DNA of 64,000 bases from Eledone cirrhosa (GCA_964016885.1 CAXHJY010000427.1:17325-81324), one strand, 5' to 3'; counted from the stretch's first letter, positions 1-15,419 are shown. Numbers and translations: made by a program. Notes: generated by a model from the sequence alone, not told the origin.

Positions 1-374
1 CATACATATATACATACATACAAACATACATAACACATACACACATACATACATATATACATTATACATTCATATCCACAAGCAAGGTAATGGTTGTTGC
101 AGGTGTTTTTAGGAAAATTCCAGTTAATTTTTCTTTCTCCCTCAGCGTGTCTTGATTTGACCTTTGGGGTCAAGTTATCCAAATTTCCAACACCCCCTCC
201 TTCGCCACCTTCATACCTATACTACACTCTCCTCTTCCCACACCTCCTCCAAAATATACACACCACTTATCTCAACATTTCATGACTATGTATCAATTTT
301 GCGTATAAATAATGTGATGTACATACATACATACATACATATATACATACATATATACACACATACATATATAA

Positions 375-494
<120 letters not shown>

Positions 495-582
495 CATGTA
501 TATATAACTGATATATCTGTATATATGTATGTATGTGTATCAATATGATCTGTATATACGTATATATATTTGTTTATATATT

Positions 583-647
<65 letters not shown>

Positions 648-1298
648 CTATGTGTATATGGATATATGTGTATTTATATGTCTATAATTGAGAATGTAGT
701 TTGTATAAGTGTATATGTATGAATGTATGTATGTATGTATCTGAGTAACTGTTCGTATAATTAGTTGTGATTGTTTCTCGGTGTGTATAACTATATGTAG
801 TGTGTATAACTGTGTTGACTGCTCAATAGGAGAGCAACAACAACAACAACAACAACAACTACTAAAGTATACATCATCAACGGCAGCACAGGTGTAACGC
901 TTCAACACAATATACAATGGTAAAGAGTCACCGAACTATAAAGGAAAGAACACACATACATACAAGCACACACACACACACACACACACACACAAGCACA
1001 TACACATACAGAGAGAGAGGCAGAGGCATATACATACACAAATACTGACACAGACACACACATTCACAAACATACTCACTGACACACACTCACATACACA
1101 TAGAGAATCACAAATATGTTTGCATATATATATATATATCACACACACACACACACAGACACAGACACACACGCTCACTCACACACATTCATAGACATAT
1201 ACACACTCACACTCACATACCGAAGGAGAATCATATATATGTTTGCATATATATGTTTGCATATACATATATATATATATATATATACATATATATAT

Positions 1299-1351
<53 letters not shown>

Positions 1352-1706
1352 TAACACAAATAATTAATCACTTTTAAGAATATTTTCTTAACACATCCAG
1401 ATATCTCATTAAATATCATTCTGATGATGATATCTAGTATATATGTCTATAGGAATATAATTCTGTTATGAAGCAGTGATTTCAGCGGTTCCCGGACCGG
1501 GTGATGCATTGTGTCCTTGAGCAAGACACTTTTTTTTCATGTTGCTCCTTCTGCCAGGAGTTGCGACAGTTAGATAGTATCAGCAGTTGGAAAGACCAAT
1601 GGAAACATTGTTTCCTTGGTCCGATCTGACGTGTTTCACCTCACTTGTTAAGCGAATGAGATGTGGGATCTTGCCGATTCGGATAATTTACATATATATA
1701 TGTATC

Positions 1707-1896
1707 TTAGATTCTTCCACGCCGTTCGGCGCATCGAGCAGTAAGTAATGGCCAACGGTCACGATCAGCGGCAACTTTTTCGAGACCGTACCAGGTGATG
1801 TTGGCTGCCATCAGGTCCTTCCGGAACGTTCGTCGCCAGGCAACCCCGCCTCCGTTTACCGCCAGGCAGGCGGAGTCCAGTTCATCGCTGTTTTTG
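1707..1896 (-). mobile_element. Degenerate 3' fragment of an RTE-type LINE
   Basis: Hand translation: KTAMNWTP..GKRRRG..WRRTFRKDLMAANITWYGLEKVAADRDRWPLLTARCAERRGRI*. Confidence 0.65.
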
Positions 1897-2337
1897 AATG
1901 CTGTTCTTTTTGCAGACGCAGAATATGGTTAGCCAGACGGCACCGACGCTCCGTGTCCACTCCGTGTCCTCGTTTCGCACTCGGTTGCGCCAGGACACAC
2001 GAAGGACATTCACAGGCACCGTTGGTGGAAAGCGTTCAACCGTCTCTCTAATTTTGCCGTACTCTATATATTATATATATATAATAAAAGTGGCGTAGAC
2101 ATTACAGTACAGTACAATAGGAGGGAACATAATAGTACCACTGATGATGTTGCAGATGTGTAACGAAAGAACTTTGATAGTATATATATACCGTTGGTCA
2201 ATCAATGATAAACATTGATTGTCGAATGAATTAACTATTGAGATATAAAAGCTACAGAAGCGAAAACCAACCAAACAGTGAGTGTGTTCTGTTATTATTT
2301 CCGGCAATATTATTACCACAATATGACCCTCTCCAAG

Positions 2338-2459
<122 letters not shown>

Positions 2460-2587
2460 CACATACACCATTTCAATCTTATAGCCTGGTTTAATTGATT
2501 TTTTGTGTGGTTAATTGTGCTGATTGAGAATAGAGATGTTGTATATATATATATTATCAATTGATTCTCTGGACATGTTTTACTCTA

Positions 2588-2656
<69 letters not shown>

Positions 2657-2796
2657 CAGAAGGGATATTCAATTTGTTGGTAATTCAACAAATATAAATG
2701 TTTATAACTGATTCAGAGCACTCGACAAGTTTTCTGGAGTATAATATTCAACGATATTAAATAAATGGAAACTGTATTTATAAAACCATATTTATT

Positions 2797-2849
2797 CTAT
2801 TATATATATTTCAAGGGTACCAAAACTTTGGTACGCTTTCATCAGATAG
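2797..2849 (-). ncRNA. Inverted partner hammerhead, family A
   Basis: Minus strand CTAT-CTGATGA-AAGCGTACCAAAGTTTTGGTACCCTT-GAAA-TATATA-TA-ATAG; part of the inverted repeat ~2743-2848 / 2926-3030. Confidence 0.72.
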
Positions 2850-2920
2850 TCTATCCAAGGAAAACTTGAACCGTTAAGGTATTTTCCTTGGTTATGTCAA
2901 CATTTATAAAACGCACTTCG

Positions 2921-2981
2921 TATTTTATCTGATGAAAGCGTACCAAAGTGTTGGTACCCTTGAAATATATATAATAGAATA
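2921..2981 (+). ncRNA. Type I hammerhead ribozyme, Penelope-like family A
   Basis: TATTTTAT-CTGATGA-AAGCGTACCAA(AGTG)TTGGTACCCTT-GAAA-TATATA-TA-ATAGAATA; 8-bp stem I. Confidence 0.82.
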
Positions 2982-4332
2982 AATATGGTTTTATAAATAT
3001 AGTTTCCATTTATTTAATATCATTGAATATATATGTTCAGACACGGAACAAAGCCGCTACCCAAGGTTTCAAGGCTCTCTTCCCAACTGAGCACTGGTAG
3101 TGGTGTTATTAGTGATGGGTAATTGTGATGGTTACGATGGATATCTGGTCAAAGACCTTTAAATTGTGACCATTCCATCTTTCTTGTATGTACGGGCGAA
3201 ACCAGGAAATTATCCACCACTACCACCACCACCAGCACCACCACCACTACCACCACCACCACCACCACCACCACCTTCATTACGATCACCACCAATACCA
3301 CCACTACCACCACCACCGCCACTACCACCACCACTACCACTAACAACAACCATCACCACCACCACCAATTCCGCCCCACCCCACCCCACCACCGCCGCCA
3401 CCACGACCCTCCTCCCCCCACCCTAGTATTTCCGGTTATCTACGTGTGACTAACTCTATAGCTGTCATGTTAAACAAGCCATTGTCCAGTCCAGCCTAGC
3501 AATACCTGTGTGTGTAATTAGAGTCCAAACGAACCACACTCAATTATCTCCCCATATTTGTCTCCCACGCCACCGCCACCCTGCTACCCGTCATTTAACC
3601 TTTCCTTGCCTTCGGGCTGTCTTCTGGCCGTGTTTCTTTAGAGCTTTGCGGCGGTCAACATATTTATATTGGTTGTAGTGGCGGTGGTGGGGGTGGTTGT
3701 GGGGGTGGTGTTGACGGTGGTAGTGGTAGTATAGTAGTTGTAGTGGTGGTGGTTGTGATGGTGGTAGTAGGGGGGGGGGGGGTTGTAGTTATAGTGGTGG
3801 TGGTTGTAATGATGGTGGTGGGGTTGTGGTAGTGGTAGTGGTAGTGGTAGTGGTGGTGGTTGTGATGGTCGTCGTAGTTTTAGTGGTGGTGGTGGTTTTG
3901 GTAATGATGGTGATGGTGGTGTTGGTGGTTTTGGTAATGATGGTGATGGTGGTGTTGGTGGTTTTTAAGGTGGTGGTGGTGGTGGAAGGATGTGTGACAT
4001 CAGTAACAAAATGTAATAACAAATAACACCTGAGCGATGAAGGCGGTGGCAGTGACAGTGGAGGGGGGGGGGGTAGTGGTGGTGTTGGTGGCGGTGGTGG
4101 TGGTCAGCGAGTTTTCTAACGTTGTCTGTTTGGAGTTAGAATGAAGGGGTGGTGGTGGCTATAGTGGGGGTGGTGATGTGAGGCGGGGAGGATACGTTCA
4201 GGTGACTATTCATGAATAAACACAGGTAAGTACACAAACATATAAACACACAAGCACACACGCATATACACACACATATAGACACACATACACACACATA
4301 TACACGCACACACATACATACATGCATATATA

Positions 4333-4398
<66 letters not shown>

Positions 4399-5870
4399 CG
4401 TGTGTGTGTGTGTTAAATGCATGTATCTATGTGTGTGTGTATATGTGTGCGTATGTGTGTCTATATGTGTGTGTGTGTATATACACTCACACACACTTAC
4501 ACAAACATACACATACACACACATACAATCGCAAATATAAGCATATACATACAGAGAAATCCACACACTCACAGACATACGCATACATGCACACAAACTC
4601 ATATACACAGACATACAGCCCCCCCCCCCTCCCCCCCGCACACCGAGAAACACAAACACATGAGAACATTAACTACAAAGTGCTTATCTCCCTTCTTACA
4701 CATCTTTAATATATGAGTTTCATATATTAAACACGTGTTTTCCTCATGAAAGTTTTCACCCGTTTCTTTTCCTTTCTTACACTCGACTATCTTTCTTTTT
4801 CTTTTTCTTTCCCTTTCTCATTCTATCTTACGATAAGAGACTAACGTCCGAAATGTTGAAAAAATGTTCATCAATATCAATCGTTAAACTAATTTATTTT
4901 ATCATCTTACTCTATTGTTCTCCCGTATTGTTTTTCCGTGTTGACTTTTCTCAAACATATTTATAAAATAAAATGTCTGAAGCCTGTCTCGAACCCGGAG
5001 GTACATAAGGTCGGTTCTTATCCTGGTTTTCATAGCGTAAAGTGATTGAGAGTATAAGACTTCTCTGATAGACAAGACGCCTGTCCATCGCAGGGTGATT
5101 GTGATGCTGGTGGTGGTGGTGGTTGTAATGGTGGTGGTAGTTGTAGTGGTGGTGGCTGTGATGGTGGTGGTTGTAATGGTGGTGGTAGTAGTGGTGGTGG
5201 TTGTAGTTGTAGTGGTGGTGGTTGTGATGGTGAGGTTGATGGTAGTGGCGGGTGATTGTGATGGCGGTTGTGGGGGTGTTGGTTGTGATGGTGTGGTTGG
5301 TGGTAGTTGTAGTGGTGATGGTGGTGGTGGTGGTTGTGACGGTGGAGGTGGTGGTAGTGGGGGTGGGGGTAGTGGTAGTGGTGGGAGAACCCAGTCCAGG
5401 AATCGATCCCACGACATTATGATCGCGAGTGCAGCACATTTACCACTAGGCTCTACGGTTCCCCAAACACATTTATAGCTTCAATACTATATATAAAGCC
5501 AACAATTAGAAGCCTGTTTTATGTATCTTGTTTAATGGCATCAGTCAAACTATTCCTTTTCATGATTAGAATGGGCATTTGACCCCTGTTTGTGTAGATC
5601 TACGATGTTAGGGTGATTGGGCCACGATTATACGTTCGTTATTTCAATTTCCGGTGGTCTATTTCCGGTATCTTTGAGTCAGAGATTTTACTTCACGGTG
5701 CTCAGCCCACTCAGCTGGAAAATCTGTAGTTGTACCAGTAATACAATAGGGTAGCTTTGCCATATATTGTGTCACGTGAAATCTTCCAGTTAACCTATTA
5801 ATTTCACGAGAAAACTGTTCTGTCGGGCGACCAAATACATCACTAATCGTCGAAAACCGATGGCAGTGCA

Positions 5871-5947
<77 letters not shown>

Positions 5948-5971
5948 TGTGTGTGGGTGCGTGTGTGTATA

Positions 5972-6048
<77 letters not shown>

Positions 6049-6118
6049 TCATATATATATATGTATATATATATATATACATATAAGTATATATACATAT
6101 ATATATGTATATACATAA

Positions 6119-6164
<46 letters not shown>

Positions 6165-6580
6165 ATATATATATACTACGTTGTGATATGTTGTGAGTGT
6201 TGTGTATGTATGTATGACTGTCAGTGTGTACGTATGTATGTAGGGGTGTTGCGGTGTATTGAGCTGTGATCATGTAAATCAACCACATACAATTCGTATA
6301 CCACCCATCAAGCTGATCTTAATGGACTTCTCCGCTCTCTTACAAACCCATCAGCGTTGACAGCGTCTCGGTTTTGTTTTTGTCTTCTGTCTTTCTGAAG
6401 GTGTCTATGTGTTTTTGTGTGGATGTGTAGGCTAGTGAACGAATAGAGTTTAACTATGTTTGATGTATGTACATGTTGATATATATGTATATGTGTAAGT
6501 GTGTGAATGTGTGTGAGTGTGTGTACATATATATGTACATATATATGTATATGTATACATATATGTGTATATATATATGA

Positions 6581-6646
<66 letters not shown>

Positions 6647-6839
6647 CAGATTAAAGTTTAAGCAAAGAATCGCTGCTTTCAACCTTAATATATAATAATG
6701 TCCATAACACTTTTATATATATATAACGAAGGAAATGTGGTAAGGAACCAAGTGGACCATAACGCACCAAAGTACTCAATACTTAGGGTAGTAGAGTGGG
6801 TAATAGGAACAAGTAAGACCCCGGGGTCTTACTTGTTCC

Positions 6840-6886
<47 letters not shown>

Positions 6887-7232
6887 CTGTGTGTGTGTAA
6901 TAAAGAAACTCTGGAGAAAAGGGAACAGAAGACACAGAAGATACAAACCCAAGGACGATTTTCGCTCAACAGCTGTCTTCTGTGGATCATTATAATTTCG
7001 AATACATTAAAGACAGAACTATTCACCATAGTGTATTGATAAGTAGACTCGGATAGCTATTTGGGCAGAAAACAAACAAAAACAACAAAGATATACCGAT
7101 AAGGACCGCAAAATGTTACACTCGAAGGCATCAGAGATTAGTATGGTTAGTAACCTCAAGAAAGGGAAATAATTAATCTAAGTTGATAGGGCATTGCTGT
7201 GACCCTCTCTCTCTTTCTCTCTAGTATATAAA

Positions 7233-7288
<56 letters not shown>

Positions 7289-7290
7289 CA

Positions 7291-7322
<32 letters not shown>

Positions 7323-7324
7323 AA

Positions 7325-7715
7325 TTTGGAGGCGGTAAAAACCAGTAAGACCATTACTCACCAGTAGTAGATCTAGCCGTTTCAACAATGTTTACCATTG
7401 AGTGACCAACGGTCAAAAATACAGATGTAATATAGATATAAACACATATATATAGTCTAACAAACTTCTTTCGTTGCACATCTGCAACATCGTCAGTGGT
7501 GCTATTATGTTCCTCCTGTTGTATTGTAAACATTGAGGACCCAAAGAATTAACTGATATAAAAGATACAGAAGCGAAAACCAACCAAACAGTGAGTGTGT
7601 TCTGTTATTAATTCTGGCAATATTATTACAACAATATGACCCTCCCCAAGTATACAAGTATAACAATATTTGTTTCATATCAAAAACCTCGCAAAACAAA
7701 TTCATCGCCGTTACA
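7325..7715. mobile_element. Family B interspersed repeat with internal inversion (relatives at 2095-2340, 16824-16965, 17755-18185)
   Basis: Shared ACAGAAGCGAAAACCAACCAAACAGTGAGTGTGTTCTGTTATTA...ATATGACCCTC.CCAAGTAT; 7385-7530 is the reverse complement of sequence colinear at 2100-2220. Confidence 0.6.
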
Positions 7716-7718
7716 TAT

Positions 7719-7908
7719 GGCGGTGGATTGGCAGTATCGGTAGAGGGTCGGACGCCATGCTTTGACGCATAGAGTTATGGCCCTTGCCATTCTGAGTTCA
7801 AATCCCGCCGAGGTTAACTTTGCCTTTCATCCTTACGGGGTCGATAAAATAAAGTACCAGTAATGTACTGGTTAATTTCTGGCCTTGTGCCAATAGTAGA
7901 AACAGTTA
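7719..7908 (+). mobile_element. tRNA-derived SINE
   Basis: A-box-like TGGCAGTATCGG, B-box GAGTTCAAATCC, body CTTTGCCTTTCATCCTTACGGGGTCGATAAAATAAAGTACCAG; multiple copies in the window. Confidence 0.8.
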
Positions 7909-7990
7909 TATATATAGATATATATATATAACCAAAAGATGGTTAAAAGAGTTCCATGTATTTTATTATGCGCATTTCAAAAACAAATAT

Positions 7991-8031
<41 letters not shown>

Positions 8032-8035
8032 AGTG

Positions 8036-8069
<34 letters not shown>

Positions 8070-8077
8070 TGTGAGTG

Positions 8078-8110
<33 letters not shown>

Positions 8111-8156
8111 TTATATATATGTATATATATATATGTGTGTGTGTGAGTGTATATAT

Positions 8157-8195
<39 letters not shown>

Positions 8196-8210
8196 ACGTA
8201 TATATATATG

Positions 8211-8274
<64 letters not shown>

Positions 8275-8283
8275 CAGACAGAC

Positions 8284-8324
<41 letters not shown>

Positions 8325-8667
8325 CTCTACAGTAAGCAAGATGTAGTTCAAAGGTCGCAATGTCTGCTATCGGTTATGAATGGTGGCCGGCACCTTTGAT
8401 AAAGATTTTAAGTAAACTTACGTCAGGTAGAAGGAACACTATTGTTGTTGTGTGAGTGGTGTCGGTGGTGATGGTGGTGGTGGTGATGGTGGTGGTGGTG
8501 TCGGTGGTGTCAGTGGTGATAGTGGTGGTGGTGGTGGTGTCGGTGGTGATAGTAACTTCTACTGACTTAATGAATAATATACAGTCAAGTGACGACAAAT
8601 GACATTTCATTCTGTTCAAAACATACACGTATCCTATATGTATGTATATATGTATTTATATATGTAT

Positions 8668-8741
<74 letters not shown>

Positions 8742-8793
8742 ATATGTATATATATATATATAAATATATATAAATATATACATATACACACAG

Positions 8794-8824
<31 letters not shown>

Positions 8825-9097
8825 CATATACACACAGACACACATATATATATATACATATACTTAGAGAGAGAGAAAGAAAGAAAGAGTGAGAGAGAGG
8901 GAGAAAAATCAATACATTACATAAATACACCAAATTCCATAATTGAAAGATCAATATTTATTTTGTAATTTACACGTGTTTCGTTAATATATAAACGACT
9001 GCATCTAATCCAGTGTAGATATCTGGATGTTTCGACTTCAAATATGCTGCTAAATATCAATTTATCAAAGTAGAACAATGTTTTTATTCATACAAGG

Positions 9098-9153
<56 letters not shown>

Positions 9154-9689
9154 GAATAAAAATGTGTTCTACTTTGATAAGTTCTAAACTCATGATTCAG
9201 CATATCTAAAGTCAAATTATTGTGATATCTACACCGGATTAGCGATTCTAGATGTAATCGTTTATATATTAATGAAAAAACGTGTAACTTACGAAATAAT
9301 AAAAAATAACAACACTGCTGCTACTATGTCTACTCACCTCTCTCTCTCTATACACAAAAACTGATTCTCCAGTCCCCTTCTGAGCAAGGAAGATGGAAAA
9401 AAAAACTTACTCCAACACTTAATATTAAATCTTTAATTTTTAGTTTTTAATTCTTATTAATTCTTTTTAAGTGTAGTACTCAACATTTGATCAGATGAAT
9501 TTTACTAATACATCGAACCTGGTAATACTTTATATATTTTATATACATTATAAAACTGTTTGTTAAAAGAATTGTCCCTCTCATTTTTTCAATAATGTCA
9601 TCTTTCAATAATGTCACTTTGACGAATCAAAGAAAGAAAAAAGAAGAAAAACAGACCCTAAACTATATTTTCCGTGCTATTTCCAGCTT

Positions 9690-9772
<83 letters not shown>

Positions 9773-9795
9773 AGGCGAAGCTGGAAATATATATA

Positions 9796-9909
<114 letters not shown>

Positions 9910-10192
9910 TATATATATATATATATATGTTTATATATATATATATATACATATATATATGTGTTTATATATATATATATATATGTTTATATATATATCT
10001 GTTGTTTGGAGCTATATTGGTCACATGTTCCACCCCACCCTAGCCACATCATATCTCTCGTCTTTCAAATAGTTCAACATTATGTATTCACTGACTTCAT
10101 ATGTAGCTTTTATATGGACACCTTGTAGTGGCTAGTATAATGTTGCTTGTGTACTTAACACAAATACTACTCAAAAGGCACTTATATCTACG

Positions 10193-10228
<36 letters not shown>

Positions 10229-10396
10229 TATATATGTACATATTATTTATATATATATGTGTGTGTGTGTGTAGGTATGCATATTGTCTATAATAATGTG
10301 TATTGAAGGAGATTTGTATAATTTGAATGTGTAGCAAGTGTTTAAATATCTATGTGCGTGTATGTGTATTTATATAGATATATAAGTATGTGCAAT

Positions 10397-10502
<106 letters not shown>

Positions 10503-10736
10503 GCATCCTTTCATTCATACATACATGCACACATACATATATAGTATGTCTTTATACGTGAATAAATATGCGTATATTTGTCTTTATTTAGATGTTCGCT
10601 TTTTGTTATTCTTTATCTATTTTTACAAAGTTTTCCTTTTCTTCTCGTTTGTCAAATACTGTCAGTGATCAACACGACAACCACCACTACGACGACCTAC
10701 AACGGTACTGAAATACCAATCAACCATCTTCTATAC

Positions 10737-10901
10737 TAGGTATGGGCAACCTTTTGCGAGCAGTGGGCCGCATAGGATGTAGCTTATCAAAGGCCGGGCC
10801 GCATTTCTACAAACATTCTAGGCAATTTTGAAATTAGTTGTGCCATTCAGAACGCCAAACCGGCTGCATGCTGCTCACCGGTCGCAGTTTGCCCACGACT
10901 G
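10737..10901. mobile_element. hAT (Charlie-like) MITE
   Basis: Imperfect TIRs TAGGTATGGGCAAC / GTTTGCCCACGACTG and an 8-bp TSD TTCTATAC / TTCTATTC (7/8 match). Confidence 0.7.
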
Positions 10902-11134
10902 TTCTATTCAGTCGTTCAACCGCCTACAAATAGCAACTAAATACCCAACACTACGATAACTTATATATCCCATCACCTTTCAAAATGATTAGATACATTG
11001 TACGGTATCGTCTCTGATATAAAAATAGATGGGATTGTCATGCTTGGAACACACGATTCAAATGTATTCGCTGGCATATCTACGTTTATGGATTAGGACA
11101 ATGGGATTGATAAGTTAATATCTGTATACAACAA

Positions 11135-11422
11135 CTACAACGGTACGCGATGGGGCCCACCCACAGCCCCGGCGGACAGAATGGAGAAGGCGTTTCCCCG
11201 GAGGACGGCAAGAGAGACACGTTGGAAGAGCCACTCCAACTCGCGGGGCTCACACCTGCGGCTGACCAGCTCAGCGCCTATGGTGGTGAGTAAGGAGGTA
11301 GCCCTGGGGCCGAGGACACCAGAACTCTCCACTGCCAGGGGTACGACCGCAAACCTGTCGGAGAGCGACCAGTATTTGAGGAGTTTGGCCCCCTCAGCTC
11401 GACATGCAGCAGAACCTGCTTT
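11135..11422 (-). mobile_element. 3' fragment of a CRE-like (RLE) non-LTR element
   Basis: AEGAKLLKYWSL...FAVVPLAVESSGVLG...LFQRVSLAVLRGNAFSI is typical of the C-terminal endonuclease region of CRE-type elements; GC-rich island. Confidence 0.7.
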
Positions 11423-11862
11423 GTAACTGATACTCTTGTGGACACGACATGAAGAAGAAGACTTTCATGATAAAAACTTAAGAGGGTTATCATTAATACT
11501 GCCACACGTGCACCTAGTTCATTTCGTAAGTTATGACTTACTACACGTATCTAGGTGAGTGGAAGTAGCGTGTGGAGATGGGGAAAATATAGAGGATATC
11601 TTAACGTGTTTTACTATCACCACCACCAGCTCTACCTGTTGCGCATGTGCCGAGGTGGTGTTTGTAGGGTCGTCCATTAAAAATAATATTTCTTCACTGA
11701 CGGCAAGAAAGAGGGAAAGAAAGGAAGGAAAGAAGGAAAGAAAGAAAGAAGGAAAGAAGGAAAGAAGGAAAGAAGGAAAGAAGGAAAGAAGGAAGGAAAT
11801 GAATGATAAAAACTACCGATGTTATGATTTGGGGCGTGACAATGTTTTTTTAAAATGACTAT

Positions 11863-11942
<80 letters not shown>

Positions 11943-11949
11943 CCCTTCA

Positions 11950-12766
11950 TAGTACCTTCTTTGAGAAAACTGAATTTAGAGATCCACAGACATGGAACTG
12001 GTTGAAAAGAGGAGACCTTAAAAAGGCTACAGAAGGAATGTTAATGGCTGCGCAGGAGCAGGCCCTCAAAACGAAGTGGTTAAAACACCATATTTACAAG
12101 GAGGAGGCTAGCCCACTGTGCAGGATCTGTGGAGAGAGAGAGGAGACTGTGGCTCACATGGTATCCGAGTGTAAACACCTAGCCCAGACTCACTATAAGG
12201 GCTGGAGACATGATGTGATGGGCAGGGTGATCCACTGGCACCTATGCAAAGTAAACAATTTACCACATTCTGAGAAGTGGTGTGAGCATAAGCCAGAGGC
12301 GGTGATAGAAAACGATCAGGTGAAGGTGTTGTGGGATTTTAGGATACAGACGGACAAGAAACTGGAACACAATAGACCTGACCTGGTGGTTGTGAACAAA
12401 GAAAAAAGATCGTGCCTGATTGTGGATGTGGCCTGCCCATTCGACACGAGAGTGCAAGAGAAGGAGAGGGAGAAAATTAACCGATACCAGGACTTAAAGT
12501 GGGAGGTAAAAAGGATTTGGAACTGCCATGAAGTCAAAGTGATCCCGATTGTCATAGGCGCACTAGGGACTATCTCAAAAAGTTTCCAGGGATGGTTAAA
12601 GAAAATTGGCCCCTTCACGCTTTTTGGAACGCTTCAAAAGGCATGCTTGCTGGGAACAGCAAGAACCCTCCGATACGTCCTGAATATCTGAGGCTGCAGG
12701 TAGTGGCTTGATATTCATTTCAACAAACTTTCCAGTTAACTAACATCAATGACTGAGACTCAAAGA

Positions 12767-12767
<1 letters not shown>
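11950..12767 (+). mobile_element. 5'-truncated R4/Dong-clade non-LTR element (CCHC finger + restriction-like endonuclease)
   Basis: ORF 12002-12691: AAQEQAL, CRICGEREETVAHMVSEC, RHD, LWDF, RPDLV, IVDVACP, KINRYQDL, IPIVIGALG; embedded between (AAT)n tracts, the known Dong target. Confidence 0.88.
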
Positions 12768-12852
<85 letters not shown>

Positions 12853-12929
12853 TGTTTCTACTTTAGGCACAAGGCCAGCAATTACCCAGTGCATTACTGG
12901 TACTATATTTTATCGAAATAATAATAATA

Positions 12930-13143
12930 AAGTGGTCCCGATTGTCATAGGCGCAAAGAGTTTCCAAGGATGGTTAAAGAAAATGGGTCCCGCCCCGCTT
13001 TTTGGAATACTTCAAAAGGCATGCTTGCTGGGAACAGCAAGAACCCTCCGATACCTCCTGAATATCTAAGGCTGCAGGTAATGGCTTGATATTCATTTCA
13101 ACAAACTTTCCAGTTAAATAACGTCAATGACTGAGACTCAAAG
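12930..13143 (+). mobile_element. Second, shorter 3' fragment of the R4/Dong element
   Basis: Near copy of 12537-12765 (VVPIVIGA...LQKACLLGTARTLRYLLNI* plus 3' UTR), again bounded by AAT repeats. Confidence 0.85.
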
Positions 13144-13419
13144 AACAATAATAATAATAATAATAATAGCTGTTGCTGTTGTTGTTGGTGGTGGTGGTGC
13201 TGTTGTTGGTGCTGTTTTTGTTGTTGTTGCTGTTGCTGTTGTTGCATATATACAGCCAAGATGAAAAATTCAAGATATGTTATTCTTATAATACATGCTT
13301 CGAGAAGGATGATAAGAAAAAATGTATATATATACAAACACACACACAAGCACATATATATCTAGCTGTTGAAACGACAGGAGCTCAGCTGTCGGGGTCC
13401 CACATTTTTCATCTATCTC

Positions 13420-13554
<135 letters not shown>

Positions 13555-13640
13555 CAAGGACGATTTGTTAAGCCTTCATTACTTTTATTGATTTTATGAC
13601 GCACGTTTCGCTATTGATCAGCTCTTGTAATGACAGCAGA

Positions 13641-13725
13641 GGTCCGACGAGCTTCTGATTCCAGACTTGGGTCAGATCGATACAGATCGAACCTTGAGCT
13701 GATTAATAGCGAAACGCGCGTCACC
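13641..13725 (+). ncRNA. Hammerhead with one core substitution, inside a fold-back element (13553-13766)
   Basis: GGT-CCGACGA-GCT...AGC-GAAA-CGCGCG-TC-ACC (C in place of U4); its 3' half is duplicated inverted at 13553-13624. Confidence 0.6.
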
Positions 13726-14313
13726 AATCAATAAAAGTAATGAAGGCTTAACAAATCGTCATTGTATTATTGCATTAAACTCTGTCCAGCTCTACACCTT
13801 GCTACAGACGTGAACCTAAACATCGAGTGCTCACCTGGGTGAACCTACAGTAACTTCACCTTACACTTCCTGGATATATATATACATATATATAAAAACC
13901 TAATAAACTAATATTTGTACTGCCTCTCTGTTTTTGTTCCTGTCTAAGATTTAACTATATATATATATATATATATATAACAATAAGAATGGCAGCTTTT
14001 TGTAAACTTTATTTCATGTTGCAATTTGTTTCCATATCGATCAGCTCTGATTTGATCATATGATCGGATCCGGTCTCTCAATAGACACTTCTTCAGATGT
14101 GAGAGTTTACATGGGTGGTCCTATCCAAACGTATATATATATATATATATATATATACAGAGAGAAAGAGAGAGACATAGACGAAGAAGTATTAGATTTC
14201 AAATTTATTTGTTTTTCTGATGAAAAGCTGCAATAATTCATTAAATGGTTATCGAACGACCGAACAAGACGAGTAAATTACTCCTGTAAATCGAAGAAAG
14301 GTGTATATATGTG

Positions 14314-14429
<116 letters not shown>

Positions 14430-14430
14430 C

Positions 14431-14510
<80 letters not shown>

Positions 14511-14526
14511 TTATAAAAATAAATAT

Positions 14527-14576
<50 letters not shown>

Positions 14577-14587
14577 GTATGTATATG

Positions 14588-14619
<32 letters not shown>

Positions 14620-15045
14620 TTGTGAGAGGTGGGGAACGTGTATGTGTGTGTGTCCGTGATGTGTGTGTGTTTGTGATGTGTGTGATGCGTGTGATATGTG
14701 TAATGAATGTGAGTTGTATATGTTGTATGTGATGTGTATAACACAAAGGTGTGAAGATAGAAAGGGAAAAAGATATAGATAGAGAGGGGGTGATGTTGAG
14801 GTGGTTTGTTGTAGAGGGATCTGGACAGAAACAGAAAGGGTTATTGACTAACGTAAAGAAAGACAGGTTTACAGAGAAAGAGGGGGAGGAGTGTTGGATG
14901 AGAGTGAAGGTGGATAAGGTGGGTAAAGAGAGAGAGAGAGAGGGAGGAGTGAAGGTGGGTAAAGTGGGAGGTAGGGAAAGATGAGTGGCACATTTAAATA
15001 AAAGTATATACAGGAGTAAATGATTGGACCACAATACATAACCCC

Positions 15046-15419
<374 letters not shown>

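Noticed and set aside
2132-2180. CTGATGA-TGTTGC(AGATGT)GTAAC-GAAA (CTGACGA variant at 7468-7500, minus strand)
   Set aside because: Core and stem II look hammerhead-like, but I could not form stems I and III in either copy, so it is not called.
14005-14102. Minus-strand CTGAAGA...GAAA-CAAATTG-CA
   Set aside because: The cleavage-site U is missing and stem I does not pair; at best a decayed relic.
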